DNA of 64,000 nucleotides from a virus. Made by a program: the position numbers and the translations under genes. The notes beneath the pieces are model-generated. The model was not told the origin of the DNA and did no database searches. It saw only the letters and a program-made list of their open reading frames with translations. The stretch lies in the IMG/VR virus record IMGVR_UViG_3300032116_015770. One strand, written 5' to 3'. This document shows, one piece after another, positions 56,120-64,000 of this stretch. Each line of letters starts with the position of its first letter. Position 1 is the stretch's first letter.

Positions 56120-57031
56120 ATGGAAGTAGAAAATATGAGTAAGAATCAAAGACAAATTCAGATCAACGTTGAAGAATTGCGTAAGAATAAATTCTTCATC
56201 GCCACTCCTTGTTATGGTGGTCAGTTAAACGAACCGTACTTCCGTTCTGTCATCAAGATGATGACATTCTTTAATCAGCATCAAGTACCTCTAGCATTTG
56301 GTACTATTGCTAACGAATCGCTAGTAACACGCGCACGTAATGTGCTAGTAGCTTACTTCCTTAACTCCGATTATACACATCTACTCTTCATCGATGCTGA
56401 TATTGAGTTTCAAGTAGAAGATGTTCTTAAACTATACTACCATGATAGAGATGTAGTGGTTGGTGCTTATCCTAAAAAGGGTGTTGCATGGCAGCGTATT
56501 AAAGAAACCATGCAGGATAGTAATTTTAAAGACAAGCAATTGTCTGATAAAGAGATTGCTGCCTTTGGTTCTGACTATGCTATTAACTTCAAGTTTGTAG
56601 ATAAAGAGGCAAAGTCTGTTGCTGTAGATCGTGGAGTAATTAAACTACATGATGCAGGGACCGGCTTTATGATGATTAAGAGAGACGCAATTCTTAAAAT
56701 GATCAAAGCCTATCCTGAGCTAAGATACAACAACGATGTTGCTCTAGGTAATACTGATCTAGGTGATAATTTCTATGCCTTATTCGATACTATGATCGAT
56801 CCTATTGATCGTCGTTATCTATCAGAAGATTATACCTTCTGTCGTCGTTGGCAAGAACTAGGTGGTGATATCTGGCTTGACCCTTCTATCTCGCTTAACC
56901 ACTATGGTCACTTCTGCTTCCAGGGTAATCCTCAGGCTATCATTCAATTCGGGCCTCCTATTGAGACAACACAACCTGTTCGTCAAGATATTAAGACCAT
57001 TGACCTCCCTGACGAGCTAGAGCGCGCTTAA
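56120..57031 (+). CDS. GT-A fold glycosyltransferase-like protein
   Basis: IATPCYGG, ESLVTRARN, HLLFIDADI (DxD), GAYPKK, GTGFMMIKR, YLSEDY.FC. Confidence 0.75.
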   Translation: MEVENMSKNQRQIQINVEELRKNKFFIATPCYGGQLNEPYFRSVIKMMTFFNQHQVPLAFGTIANESLVTRARNVLVAYFLNSDYTHLLFIDADIEFQVEDVLKLYYHDRDVVVGAYPKKGVAWQRIKETMQDSNFKDKQLSDKEIAAFGSDYAINFKFVDKEAKSVAVDRGVIKLHDAGTGFMMIKRDAILKMIKAYPELRYNNDVALGNTDLGDNFYALFDTMIDPIDRRYLSEDYTFCRRWQELGGDIWLDPSISLNHYGHFCFQGNPQAIIQFGPPIETTQPVRQDIKTIDLPDELERA

Positions 57032-57045
57032 TAACACCTTATATT

Positions 57046-57486
57046 ATGAAATTAAGTGAATTACAAGAAGAGTGGAAAAGGGACTCTGTTATAGATGAAC
57101 TTAATCTAGGTAGAGAATCTACTAAGGTTCCCACTCTTCACTCCAAATATATTACCTTTCTATCTAATGCGAAATTAAAACTTCGCAAAGCTGAGTCAGA
57201 GTATTATAATACCCGAAGAATGAAGTATCGTTATTATCGAGGTGAGCTATCGCAGGAAGAACTCATCCAGTATGGTTGGGAACAGTGGCAAGGTAATAAA
57301 CCACTTAAAAACGAGATGGACGAGTTTCTTAACTGTGATAAAGATCTTATAGAATTTGAAGATAAAATAGAATACTTTAGAACTATAGTGTATACGTTAG
57401 AACAAATTATTCGTTCACTTAACTCTAGAACTTGGGATATAAAATCGGCTATAGAATGGCATAAGTTTTCTAATGGTATGATTTAA
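57046..57486 (+). CDS. uvsY: recombination mediator
   Basis: W..D..ID, P.LHSKY, YYRG, R.W.IK.AIEW.KF..G. Confidence 0.92.
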   Translation: MKLSELQEEWKRDSVIDELNLGRESTKVPTLHSKYITFLSNAKLKLRKAESEYYNTRRMKYRYYRGELSQEELIQYGWEQWQGNKPLKNEMDEFLNCDKDLIEFEDKIEYFRTIVYTLEQIIRSLNSRTWDIKSAIEWHKFSNGMI

Positions 57487-58973
57487 TGTCGGTAATCAAA
57501 TTAATAAAGAAAAATGATGTATACTTAAGTGTGCATACAGATCCTTCTACATCACAGGAGATATCTGATCATTTTACTTTTGAAGTACCTGGCGCTAAAT
57601 TCAGTCCATTATACAGAAACAAGATGTGGGATGGAAAGATAAGATTATTTTCTATGCTAACTCGAGAGTTATATGTTGGGTTAAAATCTTATCTAGAGCA
57701 TTTCGCGCAAGTAAACGGTTATACTGTAGATAACTCTGAATATGTAGAGACAAGCGATAGTGTTACATACGAGATAGTTGAAAAGTTTTGTAAAGAGTTA
57801 GATTTATCTTTACCTGGCAATGAGACTATTCGAGACTATCAAATCGACGCAGTATTCAGAGCTATACAAGACGGAAGACGTTTACTCCTATCACCTACCG
57901 GGTCAGGTAAATCTCTAATCATATATTGTCTTCTTAGATGGAATGAGTTGTTTAAAAGAAAGCAGCTCATTTTAGTTCCTACTACATCTCTAGTTGAACA
58001 GATGTATTCAGACTTTCAATCCTATTCAAAGAATAACGAATGGAAAGTATCTAGACATTGTGCAAAGATATATTCAGGGTTTGAGAAGTCTAATGAATCA
58101 GAGATAGTTATATCTACTTGGCAGTCAGTATATGAACTTCCTAAGCAATTCTTTGCCCCATTTCAAGTAGTCTATGGTGACGAAGCACATACATTCAAGG
58201 CTAAGTCGTTAACTAGTATTATGCATAAGATGGTTAACTCCCCTTATAGAGTTGGAACTACAGGTACACTAGACGGCACAAAGACACACAAGTTAGTTCT
58301 AGAAGGCTTGTTTGGACCGGTATATAAGGTCACAACAACTAAAGAGCTCATGGATCGTGAGCAATTGGCAGAACTAAAAATCAAAGGTATTGTTTTACAG
58401 TATGAAGATAGTATAAGAAAACAATGCAAAGAATATACTTATGCAGAGGAAATGGAGTTTTTATGCACGTTTCCCCCTAGAAATAAGTTTATTCGCAACC
58501 TAGCTTTAGCACAGACAGGAAACACACTAGTACTATATCAATTCGTAGAAAAACACGGTAAAATACTGAATGATTTAATTCAAGCAAAAGCTCAAGATAG
58601 AAAAGTATTTTTTGTCCATGGTGGTGTAGAGACTCAAATTAGAGAAGATATTAGGAAGATTACAGAAGAGGAAACAGATGCTATTATTGTAGCTTCTTAC
58701 GGTACATTTTCCACAGGGATAAATATAAGAAACCTACACAATGTTATATTTGCATCACCTACCAAGTCAAGAATTCGAAATCTTCAATCTATAGGTAGAG
58801 GATTAAGAAAAAGTGATACTAAGAATACCTGTACACTCTTCGACATTGGTGATGATTTAACCTGGAAGACAAGGAAGAATTATACTCTACTACATATGAT
58901 TGAAAGAGTCAAGATTTACAATGATGAGCATTTTGAGTATAAACTTATAAAGGTAGATATTAATGCAATGTAA
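57486..58973 (+). CDS. uvsW: SF2 DNA helicase
   Basis: WDGKIRLF, RDYQ, SPTGSGKS, DEAH, GTTGT, STGINI.NLHN, QSIGRGLR. Confidence 0.96.
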   Translation: MSVIKLIKKNDVYLSVHTDPSTSQEISDHFTFEVPGAKFSPLYRNKMWDGKIRLFSMLTRELYVGLKSYLEHFAQVNGYTVDNSEYVETSDSVTYEIVEKFCKELDLSLPGNETIRDYQIDAVFRAIQDGRRLLLSPTGSGKSLIIYCLLRWNELFKRKQLILVPTTSLVEQMYSDFQSYSKNNEWKVSRHCAKIYSGFEKSNESEIVISTWQSVYELPKQFFAPFQVVYGDEAHTFKAKSLTSIMHKMVNSPYRVGTTGTLDGTKTHKLVLEGLFGPVYKVTTTKELMDREQLAELKIKGIVLQYEDSIRKQCKEYTYAEEMEFLCTFPPRNKFIRNLALAQTGNTLVLYQFVEKHGKILNDLIQAKAQDRKVFFVHGGVETQIREDIRKITEEETDAIIVASYGTFSTGINIRNLHNVIFASPTKSRIRNLQSIGRGLRKSDTKNTCTLFDIGDDLTWKTRKNYTLLHMIERVKIYNDEHFEYKLIKVDINAM

Positions 58974-59403
58974 ATTTTTAAAGCTAACTAATGGTGAGGA
59001 TGTTATAGCTATGGTGAGTGATGATTATTTACCCGGTGCTACTATCTCCTTTATACAAATACAAGACCCTGTACTGATTAGATCCGCAAGATTTCCTCGG
59101 GGTAATATGGTAATTGAAACTTATATTATGCAACCATGGATTAAGATATCTAAATCTAACATCATGGTTATACCTACTTCTTCTATACTAACTGCTGTAG
59201 ATATTACGGATAGTGCTGTAGAGCAGTATAATGAGTTTTTACAAATGAAACACGATCAAGAATTTCAAGAGAGTCAAGAAGCATCACCTGAAGCTTTATC
59301 AGAAAGTGACATCTTGCAACAATTAATGGAAGCAGTATCAGCTCGTGATGAGTTGTATGATGAAGAGGAAGAAGATGATGGAGCAACAAGAACATACCAC
59401 TGA
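58963..59403 (+). CDS. Sm-like fold hypothetical protein with acidic tail
   Basis: KLTNGEDVIA N-terminus; conserved position between uvsW and gp55. Confidence 0.65.
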   Translation: MQCKFLKLTNGEDVIAMVSDDYLPGATISFIQIQDPVLIRSARFPRGNMVIETYIMQPWIKISKSNIMVIPTSSILTAVDITDSAVEQYNEFLQMKHDQEFQESQEASPEALSESDILQQLMEAVSARDELYDEEEEDDGATRTYH

Positions 59404-59953
59404 ACAAAAAAAGGTTCCTGCTCATTACGTAGATAACAAAAAATTTTTTGAAGCGCTAGTTGAGTATAAGAAGCAGGTGGATCACGCAGTAGCTAATGGT
59501 TTAGAAAAGCCTAGAGTTAGTAATTACTTAGGAGAATGTTTTTTAAAAATTGCAACTCACTTATCCTATAAAGCTAATTTTATAAACTATTCCTACAAAG
59601 ACGATATGATATCGGACGGTATCGAAAATTGTCTTACTGCTGTAGAAAAATTTGACCCTACTCGATCTACAAACCCATTTGCATATTATACACAGATTAT
59701 TTACTTTGCGTTTGTAAGGCGTATTCAGAAAGAAAAGAAACAACAAGCAACAAAATATAAGTTACTAGAAAATATTGACTTTGAACAGTTACTTGAACAT
59801 TCTTCGGATAACGAAGAATATACAAATCACATTATAGAACTTATGCGTAAACAAGTAGATACTATAGAGCCTGAGCGAAGAGAAGTAACTACTAAAAAGA
59901 AAAAGAAAGAAAAAGAAGAAAATATACCAAACTTTCTTGATGATTTAGAATAA
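59375..59953 (+). CDS. gp55: late transcription sigma factor
   Basis: HYVDNKKF, YLGECFLKIA..LS...NF.NY, MISDGIENC, NPFAYYTQIIY.AF.RRI.KEKKQ; start at 59375 or 59378. Confidence 0.96.
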   Translation: MMEQQEHTTEQKKVPAHYVDNKKFFEALVEYKKQVDHAVANGLEKPRVSNYLGECFLKIATHLSYKANFINYSYKDDMISDGIENCLTAVEKFDPTRSTNPFAYYTQIIYFAFVRRIQKEKKQQATKYKLLENIDFEQLLEHSSDNEEYTNHIIELMRKQVDTIEPERREVTTKKKKKEKEENIPNFLDDLE

Positions 59954-59965
59954 ATAATATATTAT
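59937..59965 (+). promoter_or_regulatory. sigma70-type early promoter for the que/dpd island
   Basis: TTGATG(59937-42)-N17-TATTAT(59960-65); a late-type AATAAATA (59949-56) is nested in it. Confidence 0.55.
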
Positions 59966-59976
59966 ATCATGTACGT

Positions 59977-60014
59977 GTGATCGGGTGCCCTTCCACCCGT
60001 CATCTAACTAGGAG
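59977..60014 (+). promoter_or_regulatory. structured 5' leader of queE (hairpin, possible SD-sequestering pseudoknot)
   Basis: TGA-t-CGGGTG / CACCCG-TCA stem with loop CCCTTC, followed by AACTAGGAG. Confidence 0.45.
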
Positions 60015-60019
60015 CATTA

Positions 60020-60853
60020 ATGTCAAAGATTAAAGTCGCGGAGTTATTTTACTCCATTCAAGGTGAAGGTCGCTATATGGGCGTACCTTCTGTCTTCCTA
60101 AGAACCTTCGGATGTAACTTCAAATGTGAAGGTTTCGGTATGCCTAAAGGTGAAAGGACCGATGAGTATCTTAAAGTTAACCCTGATAGTTACAAATCTT
60201 ACCAGGATCTTCCTCTTGTATCTACTGGCTGTGATTCTTACGCTTCTTGGGATCCTCGCTTTAAGCACTTATCCCCTGTTCTGGATAGTGAAGCAATTGC
60301 ACAAGCCATTATCGAAATGCTTCCGCATAAAAGATGGAAAGATGAACATCTAGTTATTACTGGTGGTGAGCCTCTATTAGGATGGCAAAAAGCTTATCCT
60401 GATTTACTAAGCCATAGACTTATGTTAGGTCTTAAAGAAGTTACTTTTGAGACTAACGGTACTCAAGAGCTGTCTAGCGAGTTTAGAAAATATCTAACTA
60501 ACTCTTTTAATTACGACGAAATAACTTTTTCAGTTTCACCTAAACTATCTGTATCAGGTGAGAAGTGGGAAGAGGCTATCAAGCCAGAAGTTGTTCGTGA
60601 ATATGAAAAGGTTGGTTACACCTATCTTAAGTTTGTCGTTGCTACAGAAGAAGACGCGGAAGAAGCGCAAAAGGCTGTCTTCCAATATCAAAGTGCAGGT
60701 TTTAGTGGCCCGGTTTATTTAATGCCTGTAGGTGGTGTAGAATCTGTATACCACATGAATAATAGAAAAGTAGCTGAATTAGCTATGAATAAGGGTTTTA
60801 GGTACTCAGATAGATTACAGGTACCTCTTTTTAAAAATGAATGGGGTACATAA
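60020..60853 (+). CDS. queE: 7-carboxy-7-deazaguanine synthase (radical SAM)
   Basis: ELFYSIQGEG...G.PSVFLR..GCN..C...CDS, ITGGEP, ETNGT, SPKL, RLQV. Confidence 0.9.
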   Translation: MSKIKVAELFYSIQGEGRYMGVPSVFLRTFGCNFKCEGFGMPKGERTDEYLKVNPDSYKSYQDLPLVSTGCDSYASWDPRFKHLSPVLDSEAIAQAIIEMLPHKRWKDEHLVITGGEPLLGWQKAYPDLLSHRLMLGLKEVTFETNGTQELSSEFRKYLTNSFNYDEITFSVSPKLSVSGEKWEEAIKPEVVREYEKVGYTYLKFVVATEEDAEEAQKAVFQYQSAGFSGPVYLMPVGGVESVYHMNNRKVAELAMNKGFRYSDRLQVPLFKNEWGT

Positions 60854-61038
60854 TGTCAGAGACACATAGAAGGACTATAGTAAGAGCTATTACATGGCGA
60901 ATTGTTGCTACTTTGGTAACAGCTGTATGGACAGGTTTGTCGGGAGCTATCATAATTAATATCTTCATGACAATAGCTCATTACATACATGAAAGAGCTT
61001 GGTTAAAAATTAAATGGGATACGGAAACGGAGAACTAA
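60853..61038 (+). CDS. DUF2061-like small membrane protein
   Basis: ETHRRT.VRAITWR..AT...YIHERAW.KI.W. Confidence 0.8.
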   Translation: MSETHRRTIVRAITWRIVATLVTAVWTGLSGAIIINIFMTIAHYIHERAWLKIKWDTETEN

Positions 61039-61716
61039 ATGTCATTACAAGTCGGTAAAACAGATCCAGAGCTAGGTTATAAGATTGAGGAATATCTTCG
61101 TGAGAAGGGTGTACATACACCTACTATCATCGATAAGCTTAATGTAAAAGAAAAGTCGAAGATTAACAAGATCGAAAAGCACTTTGCTGCTATTATGGAT
61201 ATTCTTGGTCTTGATCGTGAAGATGACTCATTGACTGATACTCCTCTGCGAGTAGCTAAGATGTATGTAAATGAAATCTTCTGGGGTTTGAAACCAGAGA
61301 ACTTTCCTAAATGTACTGTCATCGAGAACAAGATGGGGTACGATGAAATGGTTATCGAGAAGGACATTACACTAATGTCTAACTGTGAACACCATTTTGT
61401 TACTATTGATGGTAAGGCCCATGTGGCTTATATTCCTAAAGGTAAAGTATTAGGTTTATCTAAACTTAATCGTATCGTTGAATATTTTGCACGTAGACCT
61501 CAAGTACAGGAACGTATTGCAGAACAAATCTATCATGCACTAGCGTTTATTCTGGGTACAGATGATATTGCTGTTGTAATTGAAGGTACACACTACTGTG
61601 TAAAGAGCAGAGGTGTAGAAGATCATTCGTCTTATACCTACACAGCTAAGCTTGGTGGTTGTTTTAGAAGTGAACCAGAAGCACGTGCTGAGTTTATGAC
61701 CTTGATTAAAAAATAA
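61039..61716 (+). CDS. folE: GTP cyclohydrolase I
   Basis: [39 protein letters not shown]. Confidence 0.96.
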   Translation: MSLQVGKTDPELGYKIEEYLREKGVHTPTIIDKLNVKEKSKINKIEKHFAAIMDILGLDREDDSLTDTPLRVAKMYVNEIFWGLKPENFPKCTVIENKMGYDEMVIEKDITLMSNCEHHFVTIDGKAHVAYIPKGKVLGLSKLNRIVEYFARRPQVQERIAEQIYHALAFILGTDDIAVVIEGTHYCVKSRGVEDHSSYTYTAKLGGCFRSEPEARAEFMTLIKK

Positions 61717-61718
61717 TT

Positions 61719-62087
61719 ATGAATCGATATATGAGGGGTGCTAAGATATACTTAGCAGAATTCACCGATAAGGTAAATGGTGATACATTTTTAAAATTTG
61801 GTTACACAGGTTATAAAGATGCTGCTGATAGATTTCGTTTTGAGCCAGAGCAATACTCAAAGTGGGATATACGTATTCTTTGCACCGCTTATCATCCAGA
61901 CAAAAGTGTTATTGAGCAAACAGAAGAGAGATTGAAGAAAAAATATCCTAAGAATTTTTGGTTAGAAGAAAAAATTGTAGGGGTAACTGAAATAGTTAAG
62001 ATGAGCAAATCTACTAGATACGCAGCTATTCAGGAAGTTCGTAATCTTAATGAGCAATGGAAAAAAATATATGTTAATCAGCCATGA
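61719..62087 (+). CDS. T5orf172/GIY-YIG-like nuclease domain protein
   Basis: KIYL...FLKFGYT.....DRF...E..L......GVTE pattern. Confidence 0.55.
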   Translation: MNRYMRGAKIYLAEFTDKVNGDTFLKFGYTGYKDAADRFRFEPEQYSKWDIRILCTAYHPDKSVIEQTEERLKKKYPKNFWLEEKIVGVTEIVKMSKSTRYAAIQEVRNLNEQWKKIYVNQP

Positions 62088-62865
62088 AGTACCACTATCT
62101 TTACTAGGAAAATCTATAGCATTTAATGATTATGACTATGCTCTAGTTCATCTGTTTGAAACAGAGCCACTATACTATAAGTTTTTTGAGGAGTCACTAG
62201 CTCAAGGAAGAAAAGTTATCTTAGATAACTCGGTGTTTGAATTAGGTGAAGCTTTTAACATGAATACGTTTGCAAAATATGTTAACCAGCTTAAACCTAC
62301 AGAGTATATTATACCAGATGTTCTAGAGAATATGGAAAGAACAATTGGTAATGCTATGATGTTTAAAGAGCTATTCCCTGATCTACCAGGAAAATCTATT
62401 GGTGTCGTTCAAGGCAAAAATTATAGGGATCTAGTTACATGTTATGAGGAACTAGATATACTAGGTGTAGATAAAATTGCTTTTTCATTTGACTATAGTT
62501 ATTATGAAGATTTATATAAGCACCCTAACAAATGGATGTCCTTTACACTAGGTAGAGTACAAACACTAACGAGAATGTTAAATGAAGGAATTATTAACAA
62601 GGATAAACCACATCACCTACTGGGTTGTTCACTACCTATCGAATTCTTGTTTTATAGACAAGGGTTCGAATGGATTGAGACCATGGATACTTCCAGCCCT
62701 GTGGTTCATGGGCTTCTTAATACTCTTTACGAGCCTGGTGGTTTGGTTGATAAGCAGTCCATTAAACTGGTCGACTTATTATATTCCGTACCCGATCATG
62801 AGCAGATGAGTTTTATTCAAGCAAACATTAATTACTTTAGATCGTATGTAAAAGGTACAGAGTAA
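62071..62865 (+). CDS. dpdA: TGT-fold 7-deazaguanine transglycosylase (DpdA-like, probably DpdA3 type)
   Basis: TGT motifs LDNS, IPDVL, VVQG, HLLG, DTSSP; no CxCxxC zinc site; context within que genes; start at MLISHEVP. Confidence 0.65.
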   Translation: MLISHEVPLSLLGKSIAFNDYDYALVHLFETEPLYYKFFEESLAQGRKVILDNSVFELGEAFNMNTFAKYVNQLKPTEYIIPDVLENMERTIGNAMMFKELFPDLPGKSIGVVQGKNYRDLVTCYEELDILGVDKIAFSFDYSYYEDLYKHPNKWMSFTLGRVQTLTRMLNEGIINKDKPHHLLGCSLPIEFLFYRQGFEWIETMDTSSPVVHGLLNTLYEPGGLVDKQSIKLVDLLYSVPDHEQMSFIQANINYFRSYVKGTE

Positions 62866-63428
62866 TGTACTGGATTGCTTTTTTTAGTCAAACAGGATCA
62901 GAGATAGTTCATCTATCTAAAGAACTAGGTCGCTCACCTGATTTAATTCTTACTAATAACAAAGATGTTTCAACATATCACCCTGATATGGTACTTCTAA
63001 GTATACCAATGTACGTAGCAGGGCATGATGGTCTAATGCAATTTCTTCGTGATAATTATAATAACCCTAAAGAAGTACTGATTACTCTACACGGGTATTT
63101 AAGAATTATACCACCAGACGTTTGTGAACGATTTGAAATCTATAACGGCCATCCCGGCTACATTACAGCATACCCTGAACTTAAAGGTAAAGACCCACAA
63201 GTAAAAGCTTGGGAAGCCAGGCATCGTTGGGTAGGTTGCGTTATACACAAAGTAACAGCAGGTGTAGATGAAGGTCCTATTGTCGACCAGACAGGCGTAC
63301 CGAATACAGCTAATTCATTAGACGAATTGTATAGCCTATTAAAGAGAAAATCGCTATACTTATGGGAAAAGTTTATGTGGGGAAAGTTAAATGAAAATAG
63401 CGATAAGCGGCGCTCAATCAGTAGGTAA
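62865..63428 (+). CDS. PurN-fold formyltransferase (DpdN-like preQ1 formyltransferase)
   Basis: FSQTGS, GYLRII, NGHPG, IHKV..GVDEGPI (catalytic Asn, His and Asp retained). Confidence 0.8.
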   Translation: MYWIAFFSQTGSEIVHLSKELGRSPDLILTNNKDVSTYHPDMVLLSIPMYVAGHDGLMQFLRDNYNNPKEVLITLHGYLRIIPPDVCERFEIYNGHPGYITAYPELKGKDPQVKAWEARHRWVGCVIHKVTAGVDEGPIVDQTGVPNTANSLDELYSLLKRKSLYLWEKFMWGKLNENSDKRRSISR

Positions 63429-63948
63429 GACTACATTAATTAATGCTTTACGTTCTGAAGAAGCATTAAAGCAGTATACCTTTTGTACCGAAGTGACTAG
63501 ACGTGTTAAGGGTTATGGGTTAAACATAAATGAAGAAGGTGATGACATTACGCAGAGATTGATAATGCAAGAACATATTGTTAATGTCTTTATGAACGAC
63601 AATATGATATCAGATAGATGTGCATTAGACGGTATTGTTTACTCTCACTACTTAGCAGAAAATAAAAAAATAACTCAGAAGACATATGATTTTGCTGATA
63701 ACATATTCAACAAACTCATGCCAAAGTATGACCTAGTCTTTTATATTCCACCAGAATTTGAAATAGAAGATGACGGAACAAGAAGTATTAATAGGCATTT
63801 TAGAGATAGAATTGTAACATTATTTGATAGTTATATTAAAGAAAAACAATTAACTACCGTCTACCTAGTAGGTTCAGTTAGAGAAAGAGTAGATACGGTA
63901 CTTAAATATATAAAGGATGTTGAGCATGAGCAATCAAGAAGAACTTAA
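63391..63948 (+). CDS. P-loop nucleotide monophosphate kinase (AAA_28/dNMP kinase-like)
   Basis: ISGAQSVGKTTL, ISDRCALD, YIPPEF.IEDDG.R. Confidence 0.75.
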   Translation: MKIAISGAQSVGKTTLINALRSEEALKQYTFCTEVTRRVKGYGLNINEEGDDITQRLIMQEHIVNVFMNDNMISDRCALDGIVYSHYLAENKKITQKTYDFADNIFNKLMPKYDLVFYIPPEFEIEDDGTRSINRHFRDRIVTLFDSYIKEKQLTTVYLVGSVRERVDTVLKYIKDVEHEQSRRT

Positions 63949-64000
63949 TAAGCTAGTATCAGTTCACTTAGGTAAGGCAGGTGACGGTACGGTTGTAAAA
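63926..64000 (+). CDS. queF: probable preQ0 reductase QueF, truncated by the window end
   Basis: MSNQEELNKLVSVHLGKAGDGTVVK; LGK N-terminal motif of bimodular QueF plus operon context; only 25 codons visible. Confidence 0.45.
   Translation, partial: MSNQEELNKLVSVHLGKAGDGTVVK

Noticed and set aside
62865-63428. PurN as a purine-synthesis auxiliary metabolic gene (and folE/queE as tRNA queuosine or folate AMGs)
   Set aside because: The divergent motifs and coupling to TGT-like, kinase and queF genes favour DNA modification
1-64000. tRNA genes, CRISPR arrays, stop-codon reassignment
   Set aside because: No cloverleaf or repeat-spacer pattern seen; intergenic gaps are very short; core genes are intact in the standard code

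Overview
64 kb of an AT-rich T4-like (Tevenvirales-type) myovirus genome, resembling the aquatic/freshwater T4-like phages. Positions 1-2.7 kb are on the - strand: gp4, gp2, a gp54-like gene, gp26, gp51 and the start of a probable tape-measure gene. The + strand carries a complete late morphogenesis region: gp48, gp53, hub, a split gp5 (two peptidoglycan hydrolases), PAAR, gp25, gp6, gp7, gp8, a DUF4815/VrlC-like giant, a ~16 kb LamG-rich fibre island, neck gp13-15, terminase gp16/17, sheath/tube gp18/19, portal gp20, core/protease/scaffold, capsid gp23 and gp3. These are followed by a GT-A glycosyltransferase, uvsY, uvsW and late sigma gp55. The window ends in a 7-deazaguanine DNA-modification island: queE, folE, a GIY-YIG-like nuclease, a TGT/DpdA-like gene, a formyltransferase (DpdN-like), a dNMP-type kinase and the start of a probable queF. 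T4-type late promoters (NATAAATA) punctuate the structural genes. The main leads are: (1) an apparent -1 programmed frameshift fusing gp26 to gp51; (2) a 561-aa capsid-core polyprotein of basic modules separated by prohead-protease-type sites; (3) a formyl-preQ1 modification pathway with an embedded nuclease and a riboswitch-like leader; (4) a late glycosyltransferase together with N-x-S/T-rich tail proteins. All calls come from motif recognition and synteny by eye; no database searches were run.
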